DNA of 64,000 nucleotides, taken from assembly GCA_964632315.1 (NCBI GenBank), contig CAZWEM010000004.1, forward strand, positions 64,001 through 128,000, written 5' to 3'. Both the position numbers and the translations under genes were made by a program. This DNA is from an uncultured archaeon (lineage in GTDB: Archaea > Asgardarchaeota > Lokiarchaeia > Sigyniarchaeales > SOKP01). The notes beneath the pieces were generated by a model. It was given only the letters and a program-made list of their open reading frames with translations. It did no database searches and was not told the DNA's origin. How positions within the stretch are numbered: position 1 is the stretch's first letter; each line of letters starts with the position of its first letter. Below, one piece after another: positions 20,566 to 31,455 of the stretch.

Positions 20566-21420
20566 TTATATTCCTAAAAATTTTTGAGCATTTTCACCTA
20601 AAATGGCTTTTTTAAAGCCATCAGATATCTCCAAGCTGTGTATTGCGGGAAGGATATTGTTCCAATGAATTAAAGGATGATCGGATGCAAATAGTACTTT
20701 ATGAGTGATGTTATAACTTACATAAGCGTCCCATGGGAAATAAGAATATAATTCATAATGAGCTGAAATATCAATATATACATTGGGATGCCTTAAAACC
20801 ACGGAATATGCTTCCCAAAACCAAGGAACTGCCATATGACCAATTACGATTTTAAGATCCTCATGGCGCATTGCTACTTCGTCGATTAGAAGTGGATGTC
20901 CATATTTTGCTACTGAACCAGCTGTTGATACTTGGTGTCCCCCATGAGTCCATAAGGGAATGTCTAGATCTATCAGTTTTTTCCATATAGGTTCATACTT
21001 TTTATCTGAAATGTCAATTTTCTGAACTGGAGGGACTAGTTTCAATCCTCTTAGACCTAGTGATGAAATGGCATATTCAAGTTGATCTACTGCCTCATTA
21101 GAGGGCATATCAATTCCCGCAAAACCAATTAATCTATCTGGATACTTTTCTACGAAATTAGCAATATCTTCATTAGTCACTAAAACAATATCATAGGCAG
21201 TTTTAGCATTGAAACTTACTATAACTATCTTGTCAATGTTAAACTTATCCATTAATTCGATATATTGATCAATTGAAACGTTTGCTGTGAGATTTTTTAG
21301 CATTTTATGCATGAATCTTTTTTTGTGGGGATCTAAACTCCACATAGCATCAGCAATTTTTTTTAAATCATCCCATGTTGCTTCCTTACAGAAAGGATGC
21401 ACGTGCATATCAATTATCAT
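20566..21420 (-). CDS. Amidohydrolase_2 family metallohydrolase
   Basis: IDMHVH, GLKL, WTHGG, IGHM and FASDHP motifs. Confidence 0.88.
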   Translation of the reverse strand: MIIDMHVHPFCKEATWDDLKKIADAMWSLDPHKKRFMHKMLKNLTANVSIDQYIELMDKFNIDKIVIVSFNAKTAYDIVLVTNEDIANFVEKYPDRLIGFAGIDMPSNEAVDQLEYAISSLGLRGLKLVPPVQKIDISDKKYEPIWKKLIDLDIPLWTHGGHQVSTAGSVAKYGHPLLIDEVAMRHEDLKIVIGHMAVPWFWEAYSVVLRHPNVYIDISAHYELYSYFPWDAYVSYNITHKVLFASDHPLIHWNNILPAIHSLEISDGFKKAILGENAQKFLGI

Positions 21421-21477
21421 TATAAATGAACCATTTAACTAAATGTCATTGAGAATTAATCAAAAGAAGAGGAGAAG

Positions 21478-22815
21478 TTATAAAAAATTATAGATGGTTT
21501 TTTGATGAGTGATAAAATCAATCATAGTACTATTATGCTTCCAATACTCTAAATCTACCATAAAACCTTCAGAAAGCTGTGAAATTGATGTATTGAAATT
21601 ATCGAATCTTTTAGTTGGACCGAGAGCCATTGCGTTCCGTACTGTTTCCCTGATTACCCACACCCCGAGCGGAACAAGATATCCTCCACGTACTTCGCGA
21701 AATATAAGGACTCTTGCTTGTCTTTTTATGTTATAGAGATATTCGCAAACCTCCTTCCTTGCCGCATAATAAGCTCCAGTGATATTACTGGCATACTTCT
21801 TTCTTCCTTCATATGGTTCAAAATCAGTCATAATTTGGGGTTTAACTTCCCGGTTATCACCATTTAACGAGAGATTCCATAAAGTATTTGGCGCCCAGCA
21901 CTCGGACATCTCAAACATGAATTTCCCGGGGAATAATAAAATACGGAAGTGATTATCAAGATAATCTCCCTCAAACATTCTATAGTCATTAATTTCTGGA
22001 AATTTTTTAATTTCTTTAATTAATGCTTTTGAAATGATATCGTCTACCGCTGTAATAGTCCATCTTGTTGGTACCAGTCTTCGATTATCTTTTTGTCCTA
22101 AAAGTCCTGCAGAAAACACTCTCTTTATTGTTGATTGTGGAACATGTCCCTTGAAATATAGATATTCAGAAACTGCTTGAGCGGCTTTTAAATCAGTATC
22201 TGAAACACAATACTCCACTTTTGGATGGACTTTTACGTTTTCAGTGATTCTTATCTTTTCTGTCATTCCTGTTGGGCCGAGTGGGGGTGCGTGATTATCC
22301 ATCATCATCCTCAAGTTCATTTTAGCTAATTTGGTTTCAGTATCGACTGGTCTTGCGGCCATTGATAGTTCTTGAGAAGTTTCAAGTAACTTTTGAACTT
22401 TAAGAGGGGGAGAATTTTTCTGATTATTTGCTAGTTGAGCTATTTTAACGTTAGTAACAAAATTGTTTCTTACTAAACTACTCCGATATTTTACAATTTC
22501 TTCTAAACCTTTTCCAAACCATAATTCTGGAGCATCAAGTATATAGTAGTCATTAAGATTCAAATCAAGCTTGAACTCTTGAAACGGTACTAAAGGTCCT
22601 AAATATACATTGGGATAATTAAAATGCCCTACAAAAAATCCGGGAGGACTTGCACCAAAGATCTCAACATCACGCTTGGTTTTCTCAAATTCAAATGGTA
22701 CTAATGATTTCATTATCGATTGCTTGAGAAGTATGGGGCAACTTTCCTTACCACACAATAATCTTGATCCCTTGCATCGAAGGCATACATTGCCTCCTAC
22801 ATTAGGTTTAACCAC
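21478..22815 (-). CDS. nreA: Nre archaeal DNA repair protein
   Basis: CLRCKGSRLLCGKESCP, LVPTRWTITAVD, GAYYAAR, PLGVWVIRE and a C-terminal PIP box QKTIYNFL. Confidence 0.92.
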   Translation of the reverse strand: MVKPNVGGNVCLRCKGSRLLCGKESCPILLKQSIMKSLVPFEFEKTKRDVEIFGASPPGFFVGHFNYPNVYLGPLVPFQEFKLDLNLNDYYILDAPELWFGKGLEEIVKYRSSLVRNNFVTNVKIAQLANNQKNSPPLKVQKLLETSQELSMAARPVDTETKLAKMNLRMMMDNHAPPLGPTGMTEKIRITENVKVHPKVEYCVSDTDLKAAQAVSEYLYFKGHVPQSTIKRVFSAGLLGQKDNRRLVPTRWTITAVDDIISKALIKEIKKFPEINDYRMFEGDYLDNHFRILLFPGKFMFEMSECWAPNTLWNLSLNGDNREVKPQIMTDFEPYEGRKKYASNITGAYYAARKEVCEYLYNIKRQARVLIFREVRGGYLVPLGVWVIRETVRNAMALGPTKRFDNFNTSISQLSEGFMVDLEYWKHNSTMIDFITHQKTIYNFL

Positions 22816-22943
22816 TTATCCTTCGCAACGCTTATGTAGTAATCTTTATTGAATTAAAGTTGTACAATTATATAAAATTAAGAAGAGTATAAATTTTTAA
22901 TATTTATAGTAAATTAATCGACAATTATTTAAATACAAATAAC

Positions 22944-23387
22944 TTATTCGAGTATGAGTTCTGTTGTAACTTTTGATTTTACTGAATTCGCGATGATACA
23001 ATTTTCTATGGATTTTTCTACAACCCTTTTTGCTTTCTTCTCAAATTTTGAGTCTGTTAATTGAAGATAGAATTTTTCACGAATTTCCGTGATCACAGTT
23101 CGATCCACGCCTTCTATTTCAACTGAATCTGCGATGGCTGTCGATTCTATACGATATTTCTCGATTTTCAAATTAGAATTTTGTGCAATATGAAGAAAGG
23201 TGGTAGACAAGCAAATACTTGCTGCTGCCACAAAAAGGTGCTCAGGAGACCAATAACCCGCGAATCCTCCTCGATTCTCTGGAGTGGTTGCAATGATTTC
23301 AGGAAATCCCCCTGAGGTGAGTCTTACCATTCGCTTATAGGGGACTTCTTGTTTTTCCCATTGGACTTGGATATTGTATTCCCACAT
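22944..23387 (-). CDS. OsmC/Ohr-family protein
   Basis: WSPEHLFVAAASICL and CIIANSV (two conserved Cys). Confidence 0.88.
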   Translation of the reverse strand: MWEYNIQVQWEKQEVPYKRMVRLTSGGFPEIIATTPENRGGFAGYWSPEHLFVAAASICLSTTFLHIAQNSNLKIEKYRIESTAIADSVEIEGVDRTVITEIREKFYLQLTDSKFEKKAKRVVEKSIENCIIANSVKSKVTTELILE

Positions 23388-23699
23388 AGACAGACAGTGA
23401 GTTTTTTTTTCTAATTATATATTATACATAAAAAATGATCTTTTTCACAAAAATTCGAACTTTTCTTTAAAAACATATATCACTTAAGCTGACAATGAAT
23501 AATCTCACTTAAAAAGTTAACAATTATAGATTAAAGAAAGATGAGAATTATAAGCATTTAGAAACATTTGAAAAGACCCCTATTATAAATCATTTTCATT
23601 AATAATGCATCTTAAGCTTTGCATTATGACCATTTAAGTCTTTCATTTTGAAATATTTAGATCAATAATTTTATTACTATCTAACATTGATCTTTAATA

Positions 23700-26045
23700 A
23701 TGAAAAAAGTGGATTTAGACCTTACCGCTATCTTAAATAATGACCCCTTAACTTTTTTAGTAGGGGCTGGATGTTCAGTAGACACTCCTTCTTGTCTTCC
23801 TGCTGGTAGAACCATGATGGATGCGATAATTGAACACGTATCGAATAGAGACGATGGTAATCAGCTTAAAAAGTTGGAGGAACTAAGATTCGAATCTTTA
23901 GTAGAAATCGTCCGAGATAACTTAGATCCCGAATTGATAACTATTGATTATTATCTTCAGTGTGATAAACCTAATCTTCAGCATTTTTTTCTCGCACAGA
24001 TGATTAAAGCGGGAAATTTCGTTATGACAACCAATTTTGACTTGTTAATAGAGCATGCACTGCTGAATTTAGGAACACCTATTGAAAAAATAAAACTCGC
24101 AATTTCTAAAGCTGATTTTGAAAATTATAAAGATCCAAAAAGTTTACACGATGATGGTTTTCACGTTCTTTATAAAATTCACGGATCTGGTAAAAATTTG
24201 ATCACGAATGAATCCACAAAAGAAAGCTTGATTGCTACCATTCAAGCATTTGGCTCGAATAAAGAAGGAATGAGCGTATTTCAAGTCGAACCTTTTAAGC
24301 GAGCATTATTTGAAAACATTTCTAAAGGTCGCACGTTGGTTATAATGGGTTATTCTGGCAGTGATGATTTTGATGTCGTCCCGACACTTAAAGTTTTACC
24401 TGAATTGAAATCTGTAATCTGGGCTGATCATAGCTCTTCACAAGAACCAAGAGTATTTGAAATAGAGAGTTCTGATAAGCAGAGTAAAAAGAAAGTAGAT
24501 CAAATATTGACTGAAATTAAAGAGGTAGGAAATGTATCGGAAGTATATAAAGTTGAGATCAACACGACGCAATTTGTTAAGATGTCTTTATCTAACGATT
24601 TTCCAATTTCAAGCTCTGATTTTGAACTAACTCCTCAACAATGGTTAAATGAAAAGGTAGAAGTAGATGACGAAAGCATAAGGTTCTTGATACCACAGCA
24701 ATTATATTATGATTATAATCATTATGAAGATTCTTTAAGATGTGCAACTCAACTTAGAGACTTTGCTCTTAAAAGTAAAAGGCGTTTACTTGAAGTTCGA
24801 GCAAGGCTCTTGGAGGGAAAAGTACTAGTTTCCTTAGGAGAACATAAAAAAGCGCTTAGTATATTTTTAGATACTCTCAAAATGGCAAAATCACTAAATA
24901 GTGATGAATGGTTGGCAGCATCTTTCAATAGTATTGCTACGGTGTATAATGAACAAGCAAATTATACTGAAGCTCTATCTTATTACCAAAAAGCATTACC
25001 TATTTTTCAATCACTTGGAGATTCACATGAAGTATCAATAGTGTTAAGGAACATGAGTTCAATGCTTAAAAATTTAAATAGGAACTCTGAAGCATTGCAA
25101 TACTCACTTAAAGCCCTTGAAATTTCTGAAAGCGTGGGAAAATTATCGGACAGAGGGGACATCTTGATGATTATAGGAATGGTTGAAGTTAGTATGGGGA
25201 AAATTGAAAATGCAATAAGACACTATGAAGAATCCTTGATGATTAATAAGCAACTTCACGATTATGATGCAGTTATTAGTAATTTAATTGTTTTAGGAGA
25301 TCTTATGATTAAATTAGGAAACTTTAATAAAGCTTTGAGTTATTTAAATGAAGCTCTTAATTTATCTGAAAAGTTTGGGGAGTTGTCCAAGAAAGCTGCA
25401 GCTTTAAATAACCTGGGGTTGTTGTATACTAATCTTTCTAATTTTACAGAAGCAACTGAAAATTTGATCAATGCTCGAGATTTGGCTAAAAAAATTGGTG
25501 ATTCTCTCGTAGAGGCAAATAGTTCAGTAAATTTAGGTCTTGTATACTATTATCAAGGGAAACAAGATGATGCTCTAAAAATATGGGAAAGATCTCTCAA
25601 AATATACGAAAAAACTGGATATCTATATGGAAAAGCAAGTACTTTAATTAATATGGGAGATGTGTATTATCAAAAAGGCAAATATAAAAAAAGTTTTCAA
25701 TTACTTATCGAATCTTTAGAAATTGGGAAGAGTTCTGGCGATTTGTCGTTACAATCAAATTCTCTCCAGAAATTAGGGATGGTATTACAAGACCAGAAAG
25801 ACTTTAAAGGTGCGACTCAACTTTACAATCAGGGATTACAATTAAGTAGACAAATCGGTGATCTAGTTGGAACTGCTAGTTTCATTAATAATTTAGGCAC
25901 TGTTGACTTTTATAGTAAAAATTATGAATCTGCCTTGCAGAAATATAATGAGGCCCTAACGATCCTAAACCAAATAGGGCTTAGACATATTCCGCTTGCC
26001 CAGACAATCTTAAATAATATTGAACACATTAAACTAGTGAAATAG
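23700..26045 (+). CDS. SIR2-like domain fused to TPR array
   Basis: FLVGAGCS, TTNFD, KIHGS and GYSGSDD motifs, followed by roughly ten TPR-like repeats. Confidence 0.88.
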   Translation: MKKVDLDLTAILNNDPLTFLVGAGCSVDTPSCLPAGRTMMDAIIEHVSNRDDGNQLKKLEELRFESLVEIVRDNLDPELITIDYYLQCDKPNLQHFFLAQMIKAGNFVMTTNFDLLIEHALLNLGTPIEKIKLAISKADFENYKDPKSLHDDGFHVLYKIHGSGKNLITNESTKESLIATIQAFGSNKEGMSVFQVEPFKRALFENISKGRTLVIMGYSGSDDFDVVPTLKVLPELKSVIWADHSSSQEPRVFEIESSDKQSKKKVDQILTEIKEVGNVSEVYKVEINTTQFVKMSLSNDFPISSSDFELTPQQWLNEKVEVDDESIRFLIPQQLYYDYNHYEDSLRCATQLRDFALKSKRRLLEVRARLLEGKVLVSLGEHKKALSIFLDTLKMAKSLNSDEWLAASFNSIATVYNEQANYTEALSYYQKALPIFQSLGDSHEVSIVLRNMSSMLKNLNRNSEALQYSLKALEISESVGKLSDRGDILMIIGMVEVSMGKIENAIRHYEESLMINKQLHDYDAVISNLIVLGDLMIKLGNFNKALSYLNEALNLSEKFGELSKKAAALNNLGLLYTNLSNFTEATENLINARDLAKKIGDSLVEANSSVNLGLVYYYQGKQDDALKIWERSLKIYEKTGYLYGKASTLINMGDVYYQKGKYKKSFQLLIESLEIGKSSGDLSLQSNSLQKLGMVLQDQKDFKGATQLYNQGLQLSRQIGDLVGTASFINNLGTVDFYSKNYESALQKYNEALTILNQIGLRHIPLAQTILNNIEHIKLVK

Positions 26046-26102
26046 TGTTTTATCATCTAATAAAAATCATAATTTAATTCGTTAAAAAAGTTGAACTAGT
26101 TT

Positions 26103-26957
26103 ATGGATTCGAGAGAAATATATAAAAAGTTAGAAATTGATTTTGGATTGGCATTTTGTTATGATGATTGGTCAGAGATGGATTTCAATGAGTTTATTAG
26201 CGATAATTTTAAAAAACGCTATATGGGGGTTCTCCTTGACAATTCCAATGAAATTACGAAAGTTTTTACAGCTGTTTTCCCATCTGATTTGATTCTCAAT
26301 AAAATACTGGAATTGAATTCCCGAAATAGCCTGTTGTTTACACATCATCCTATGGTATGGGATCTTACAAAAGAAAGAGTATTTCAAGATATCAATGCAA
26401 AATTATTACCAAAACTAAAGGCAAAGGAGATCTCGATTTATACACTTCATGTTCCCTTAGATAAGAATGGCGATTATTCAACAACAGTAAATTTAGCAAA
26501 AAAACTGGAAATTGACATAGAAGGAGAATTTTACAATTATCGTGGAGTTAAAGTAGGAATATACGGGCAAACTGGTGCTACAACACCTGAAGATTTGAAT
26601 TTGAAATTAACTAATGTTGTGGGGCATAAGACAAAGTTATGGAAGTATGGATCAGATCTAATAGAAAATCAAAGAGTTGCCCTTATAGCAGGAGGAGGAA
26701 ATGAAATTGAAATCATTCAAGAAATAATGGAACTTGGAATCAATACACATGTAACTGGCGTGGTTGCCATCAATAATTATAGTAAGAATACTCATAAATT
26801 TGAAAAAGAAAACAGGATTAACTTGATCGGGGGAACACATTATTCCACAGAGAAGTTCGCTTGCATTGCTTTATGTGAATATTTCGAAAATCTAGGTTTA
26901 AATTGTGAATTTATTGAAGACCACCCTTGTATGGCAGATTTAGAAGTTTTAATATAA
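26103..26957 (+). CDS. NIF3/YbgI-family dinuclear metal protein
   Basis: THHP, LHVPLD and GTHYSTE motifs. Confidence 0.88.
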   Translation: MDSREIYKKLEIDFGLAFCYDDWSEMDFNEFISDNFKKRYMGVLLDNSNEITKVFTAVFPSDLILNKILELNSRNSLLFTHHPMVWDLTKERVFQDINAKLLPKLKAKEISIYTLHVPLDKNGDYSTTVNLAKKLEIDIEGEFYNYRGVKVGIYGQTGATTPEDLNLKLTNVVGHKTKLWKYGSDLIENQRVALIAGGGNEIEIIQEIMELGINTHVTGVVAINNYSKNTHKFEKENRINLIGGTHYSTEKFACIALCEYFENLGLNCEFIEDHPCMADLEVLI

Positions 26958-26964
26958 ATTTTCT

Positions 26965-27396
26965 TTAATACCTTAATACTCCAGTTTGGGCAATCATTTT
27001 CCATTCATTATTAATCTTGGTATAAATTTTGCACGTTCTTCCCTTCCAATGATTTTTATTTCCTTGTTTATCGTTCCATAGAGTGTCAATATCCACTACA
27101 GCAAATGCTCCATCCATTTCTTTAGAAATCGCTATCTTCTGAATTACTCTATGATTTTGTATCAACTCATGTGTATCAAAAAGATCCAACCAGCCTTTTC
27201 TCCAGCGATCATAATTATATCTCCCCCAATCTATTACCCAGTCCATTGGATCATGCGATTGGGGTGATTTAGGCCAAGGCCAAACCATATCATGGTGGAA
27301 CACCGTCATTAAAAGGTCAACATCCTTATTATCCCAAGCTTTGGTTTCTCTATCAATTATTTCCTTTATTTCAGTAATAACTTTTTCTTTTGACAT
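26965..27396 (-). CDS. NTF2/SnoaL-like fold protein
   Basis: AWDNKDVDLL start, EWKMIAQ end, 143 aa. Confidence 0.8.
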   Translation of the reverse strand: MSKEKVITEIKEIIDRETKAWDNKDVDLLMTVFHHDMVWPWPKSPQSHDPMDWVIDWGRYNYDRWRKGWLDLFDTHELIQNHRVIQKIAISKEMDGAFAVVDIDTLWNDKQGNKNHWKGRTCKIYTKINNEWKMIAQTGVLRY

Positions 27397-27516
27397 GAAT
27401 TGTGCTCTGATAATTATTTTAAGAAGACTAATAACAGCAAAATCGCATTTTGTATATATGTCCCATATTTGTAAAAAATATAAATATTTTTTAATAAAAT
27501 CTTAGACCATATATTC

Positions 27517-28281
27517 ATGATAAATCAAATATTTCAAGTTGAGTTAGATCCATTAAGCCAACTTTCGGGATTATTAGCATTTATCTCTTTAATTGTCGCA
27601 TGGTTCTATGGAGCATTAATTTTAATTAAAGCAGTTCAGCTTAAATATAAGACGTTTTATTACCTCTTTTTAGCGGTTACTTTCACGATGTCTCCTTGGT
27701 ATCCTAGCGGTATTGGGTATGTATATTGGGTAATTACCTCTGAGGCTTTACCGTATACTACTTACATATTATTAGGTACATTAGGAGTTCCAATTGCTCT
27801 CTTCTCATGGTTTCAAATATATATTCCGGGATTACATCCAAAAGCAAAAAAACCCTTATTGATAACAACAACCATTCTTTCAATTGCCTTTTATATTTAC
27901 GTAATATACTTCTTATTTTTAGCTCCTGGTGCACCTATAATAGAGTTAATTGCATTAAGACCTACTGCCGTCGATACTGAATACAAAGTTTATGCTTTAA
28001 TTTTTCTTGCTTATTCACTACTAATTAGTACGGTGACTGGTAATGACTTCTCCATAAATTCAATAAAAAATGAAGATAAACTTCTCAAATGGAAAGGAAT
28101 ATTCCTAATTTTATCATTTAACTTGTATGCAATTGGGGCAATAGGTGATGGATTTTTACCCTTAACACCGGTGACCTTGATCATTTTTCGAATTTTTATG
28201 GTATTATCAAGTACTTTCTATTATATCGGATTCATTCTGCCAAGATGGATGAGAAAACTCCTTTCAATTAATGAATCCTAA
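27517..28281 (+). CDS. Seven-TM membrane protein
   Basis: About 7 hydrophobic segments, C-terminal LPRW plus basic tail. Confidence 0.7.
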   Translation: MINQIFQVELDPLSQLSGLLAFISLIVAWFYGALILIKAVQLKYKTFYYLFLAVTFTMSPWYPSGIGYVYWVITSEALPYTTYILLGTLGVPIALFSWFQIYIPGLHPKAKKPLLITTTILSIAFYIYVIYFLFLAPGAPIIELIALRPTAVDTEYKVYALIFLAYSLLISTVTGNDFSINSIKNEDKLLKWKGIFLILSFNLYAIGAIGDGFLPLTPVTLIIFRIFMVLSSTFYYIGFILPRWMRKLLSINES

Positions 28282-28356
28282 CTTTATTTTTTCCTTAAAT
28301 TTCAATTGATTCTTATTAGGCTTTTTTGATTTATTGGAAAGTTCAATTTAATAATT

Positions 28357-28899
28357 TCAATTTAAAAATTCCTTAAAAAGCCGATTTACTCCATTAAAGA
28401 GTAGTGGAAGAGCTATTATTATAGCTACAAGAGTAAAACCAACTGTGGGGATAACTAAGATGAAAATCCCGAAAATCATCGTTATTAAACCTATTATCAG
28501 TAATATATATCGGTATTCTTTGCTATAATCATAGTTCATCGATCCTACATATAACATTGCTAATCCAATAAGAAGAATTACGAGTCCAAGCAATCGGATA
28601 ACAAATACTGCAGTAGCAATTGGATCAATTGATAAACTAACAATGATAATAATTCCAATAATTAATTCAAATACGCCGATTAAATATTTTACAACTAGAT
28701 TTGTTCCCTCGAGATTAATATCTGATTTTGTATTAAATATTTGAGTGGCCCCTATAAAAATCATCAGAATTGCCAAAATGACCAAAATTAAAATAATTGT
28801 AGCAGTAGAGTAGACTAAGAGGATGATAGAAAGGACAATAATTATTATGCCAGAAATGATGTTAAAGTTTTTCGAACTTAAAAAAACCATAAAAATCAA
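28357..28899 (-). CDS. HdeD/DUF308-family membrane protein
   Basis: Six TM segments in two repeats with GxxxIxxG patterns. Confidence 0.7.
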   Translation of the reverse strand: MIFMVFLSSKNFNIISGIIIIVLSIILLVYSTATIILILVILAILMIFIGATQIFNTKSDINLEGTNLVVKYLIGVFELIIGIIIIVSLSIDPIATAVFVIRLLGLVILLIGLAMLYVGSMNYDYSKEYRYILLIIGLITMIFGIFILVIPTVGFTLVAIIIALPLLFNGVNRLFKEFLN

Positions 28900-28939
28900 T
28901 AAAAAATTTAATTTTAAAATTATATATATTTTAATGAAA

Positions 28940-29620
28940 TCACGAATCTATTTGAACATTTTGTATTTCGGGTCTTAATTTTTGTCTTTCAGCGAGTTTT
29001 AGAGAGAGTTCTTTCTTAAAATCAGATAATTCATTATGTATTTTCATGATTTCTCTATTTCGATCTATTAATTCTTTTTCTGCTTTCTTGAGATCTTTAC
29101 TTAGCCTAAGATATGCTTCCTTAGCCTTGTCAATTTTTTCTTTAGCAGCTGAAGACTTAAACAAGTTAATGTAAGTTTCTTGCTTTTTAGCGAGATTTTC
29201 TCTTATTTTTGCTACTTTCAACCTATTATTAACCAATTTTAATCCGTTTTCTGCGATCTCTATCTCTACTTTTGCAATTTTTTTATGATTTTCTGCTATA
29301 TTTTTTTGCATTTCCGATTCTCGTTCATTGAATTTTGCATGATTTAATTCAATTCCTAAACCTTTTTCTGAATAGCCTAATTCTTCTTTGATTTCAATTT
29401 TTTTTTCAATATACTTTTTAGTTTTCTGATGGAGTTTATCTTTTATTTGGGCTAATTCATATTCACTTTTTACGAGATCTTCTCGAATTTTAGCCCTTTT
29501 AATCTCCTGTTTAACCGCCTTTTTCAGTTCTTTAGCAATGATTTTTTCTGTCTTGGCTAATTCAAACTCATTTTGGGAGACTTTCTCTAATTTTTTTATT
29601 TCTTCCATTATTTTAACCAC
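28940..29620 (-). CDS. Coiled-coil protein
   Basis: K/E-rich heptad pattern throughout. Confidence 0.7.
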   Translation of the reverse strand: MVKIMEEIKKLEKVSQNEFELAKTEKIIAKELKKAVKQEIKRAKIREDLVKSEYELAQIKDKLHQKTKKYIEKKIEIKEELGYSEKGLGIELNHAKFNERESEMQKNIAENHKKIAKVEIEIAENGLKLVNNRLKVAKIRENLAKKQETYINLFKSSAAKEKIDKAKEAYLRLSKDLKKAEKELIDRNREIMKIHNELSDFKKELSLKLAERQKLRPEIQNVQIDS

Positions 29621-29716
29621 TCAACTATGTAGATGTTAAGATTTCAAAATCTATTCTAGATTGGTAAGCTTTTAAATGTTTGCGCATTATTTTAAAAACA
29701 AATCATAATACAAAAA

Positions 29717-30799
29717 TTGGTTTTAAAGATTCCAAAAAATATTTTCAAAATTAAAAAAAAACAAAAAATTGGAGAACCTCCGGGAACTTTAATATATACT
29801 GGAAAAATAAGGAGACAAAAATCGAAGTTAAGAATTATTACTTATACCAAAGATGATTTTGAGATTAAAGAGATAGAAGATCTTAAAATTGAGTCAAATA
29901 TGTTAGAAAAGAATAAGAACAACTGGATGAATGTTACCGGATTAGCTAATGTGGATTTAATAGAAAATATTGGGAATCTATTTGACCTACATCCACTTGT
30001 ACTCGAGGATATTCTAAATACTCTACAAAGACCAAAATTAGAAGAATTTGAAAAATATATTTTCATAGTCCTTAAAAATCTATTATGGAATGAAGAAAGA
30101 GGAGAATTTGATCAAGAACAAATTAGTCTTATATTAGGGGAGAATTTTGTGTTATCTTTTCAAGAGGAAGAATCAGATATTTTTCAGCCAATAATTGATA
30201 GGATAAAGATTCCAAAGGGAAAAGTTCGTACGATGGAGGCTGATTATTTACTCTATGCTTTAGTTGATTTAATTGTTGATAATTACTTTATTGTTATGGA
30301 ATACATTAGTGAGAAAATAGAAAATATTGAAGATGAACTCGTTAGTGAACCAGAAGTAGAAACTCTGAGGAAAATATATCGAATAAAAAGAACGATCATA
30401 GATCTAAGAAAATTTGTATGGCCTCTTAGAGAATTAGTAAATAAATTGCAGCGTGAACAATCAAAGTTGATATCTTTTTCACTTCAGATTTACATCAGAG
30501 ATGTATATGATCATATTTTTAGAATTACAGAGACGATAGATAATTATCGTGAAATTATATTTGGAATGCTCGATATGTATCTTTCGAGTGTTAGCAACAA
30601 AATGAATGATATCATGAAGGTTTTAACGATAATATCAACGGTTTTCATACCATTATCATTTCTTGCTGGATTTTATGGTATGAATTTTCCAAACATGCCG
30701 GAATTTTCATATCCTTTCTCATATCAAATTTTGATATTTGTAATGATAGGTATATTTGTTATAATGATATTGTATTTTAAAAGCAGAAAATGGATTTAG
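29717..30799 (+). CDS. corA: Magnesium/cobalt transporter CorA
   Basis: GEPPGTL, LHPLVLEDI, QRPK and the YGMNF signature. Confidence 0.95.
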   Translation: MVLKIPKNIFKIKKKQKIGEPPGTLIYTGKIRRQKSKLRIITYTKDDFEIKEIEDLKIESNMLEKNKNNWMNVTGLANVDLIENIGNLFDLHPLVLEDILNTLQRPKLEEFEKYIFIVLKNLLWNEERGEFDQEQISLILGENFVLSFQEEESDIFQPIIDRIKIPKGKVRTMEADYLLYALVDLIVDNYFIVMEYISEKIENIEDELVSEPEVETLRKIYRIKRTIIDLRKFVWPLRELVNKLQREQSKLISFSLQIYIRDVYDHIFRITETIDNYREIIFGMLDMYLSSVSNKMNDIMKVLTIISTVFIPLSFLAGFYGMNFPNMPEFSYPFSYQILIFVMIGIFVIMILYFKSRKWI

Positions 30800-30811
30800 T
30801 GATTTAATAAG

Positions 30812-31453
30812 ATGGGAACAGAAAACTTTATCGTATATATAAACATTTTAATCTCCTCAGCAGTTTTAATTTTTATTATCTGGGATCATCTTAAGGATGA
30901 TCGTTTATTAACAAAACAAGTAAAAGAATTTTATACCGATATTGAAATGTTAATCTACACCTATATTCAAGTAAAATACTATAATATTATTGAAAAGAAA
31001 GAAATCGAAGTTTCTGACGTAAGTGCGTTAAATAAAACACGAAATCGCGATATAATTCAAAAGTCTTATCTTAAAACTAAGATTAGCCACAATTTCGAAG
31101 CTTATGGTAATTACATTGGTCTAACGATAGATGATGAAGAAAAGCTTTATTTAAATAACACGATTTATGTTTTATCTTTTGATGGACTTCTAAAAAACAG
31201 GATCTTCGAAGATAATTCTTTGGTTGAGATCATAAAATCTTATGTCGACATCCAAATTGAAGAGATATCAGAAATTAATAAATACTTAACGAGTTTAAGA
31301 TTCTATTGGAATAAAAATTATAAAAAACTTTTTTTCAGACCGAAACTAGTTCAGCAACTTAATTTCAATGATTTACTGGGGTCTTCTATTCCTTTAGAAA
31401 AGAGGCGAGGTAGAATAATAGCTAAATTTAAAAAAAAAAGTATTGAGCGCTAA
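30812..31453 (+). CDS. Hypothetical protein with N-terminal membrane anchor
   Basis: 213-aa ORF with one N-terminal hydrophobic helix. Confidence 0.65.
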   Translation: MGTENFIVYINILISSAVLIFIIWDHLKDDRLLTKQVKEFYTDIEMLIYTYIQVKYYNIIEKKEIEVSDVSALNKTRNRDIIQKSYLKTKISHNFEAYGNYIGLTIDDEEKLYLNNTIYVLSFDGLLKNRIFEDNSLVEIIKSYVDIQIEEISEINKYLTSLRFYWNKNYKKLFFRPKLVQQLNFNDLLGSSIPLEKRRGRIIAKFKKKSIER

Positions 31454-31455
31454 GA

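Noticed and set aside
28940-29620. Coiled-coil protein as an ESCRT-III, BAR or SMC homologue
   Set aside because: Only generic heptads are visible, with no diagnostic motif or supportive neighbours.
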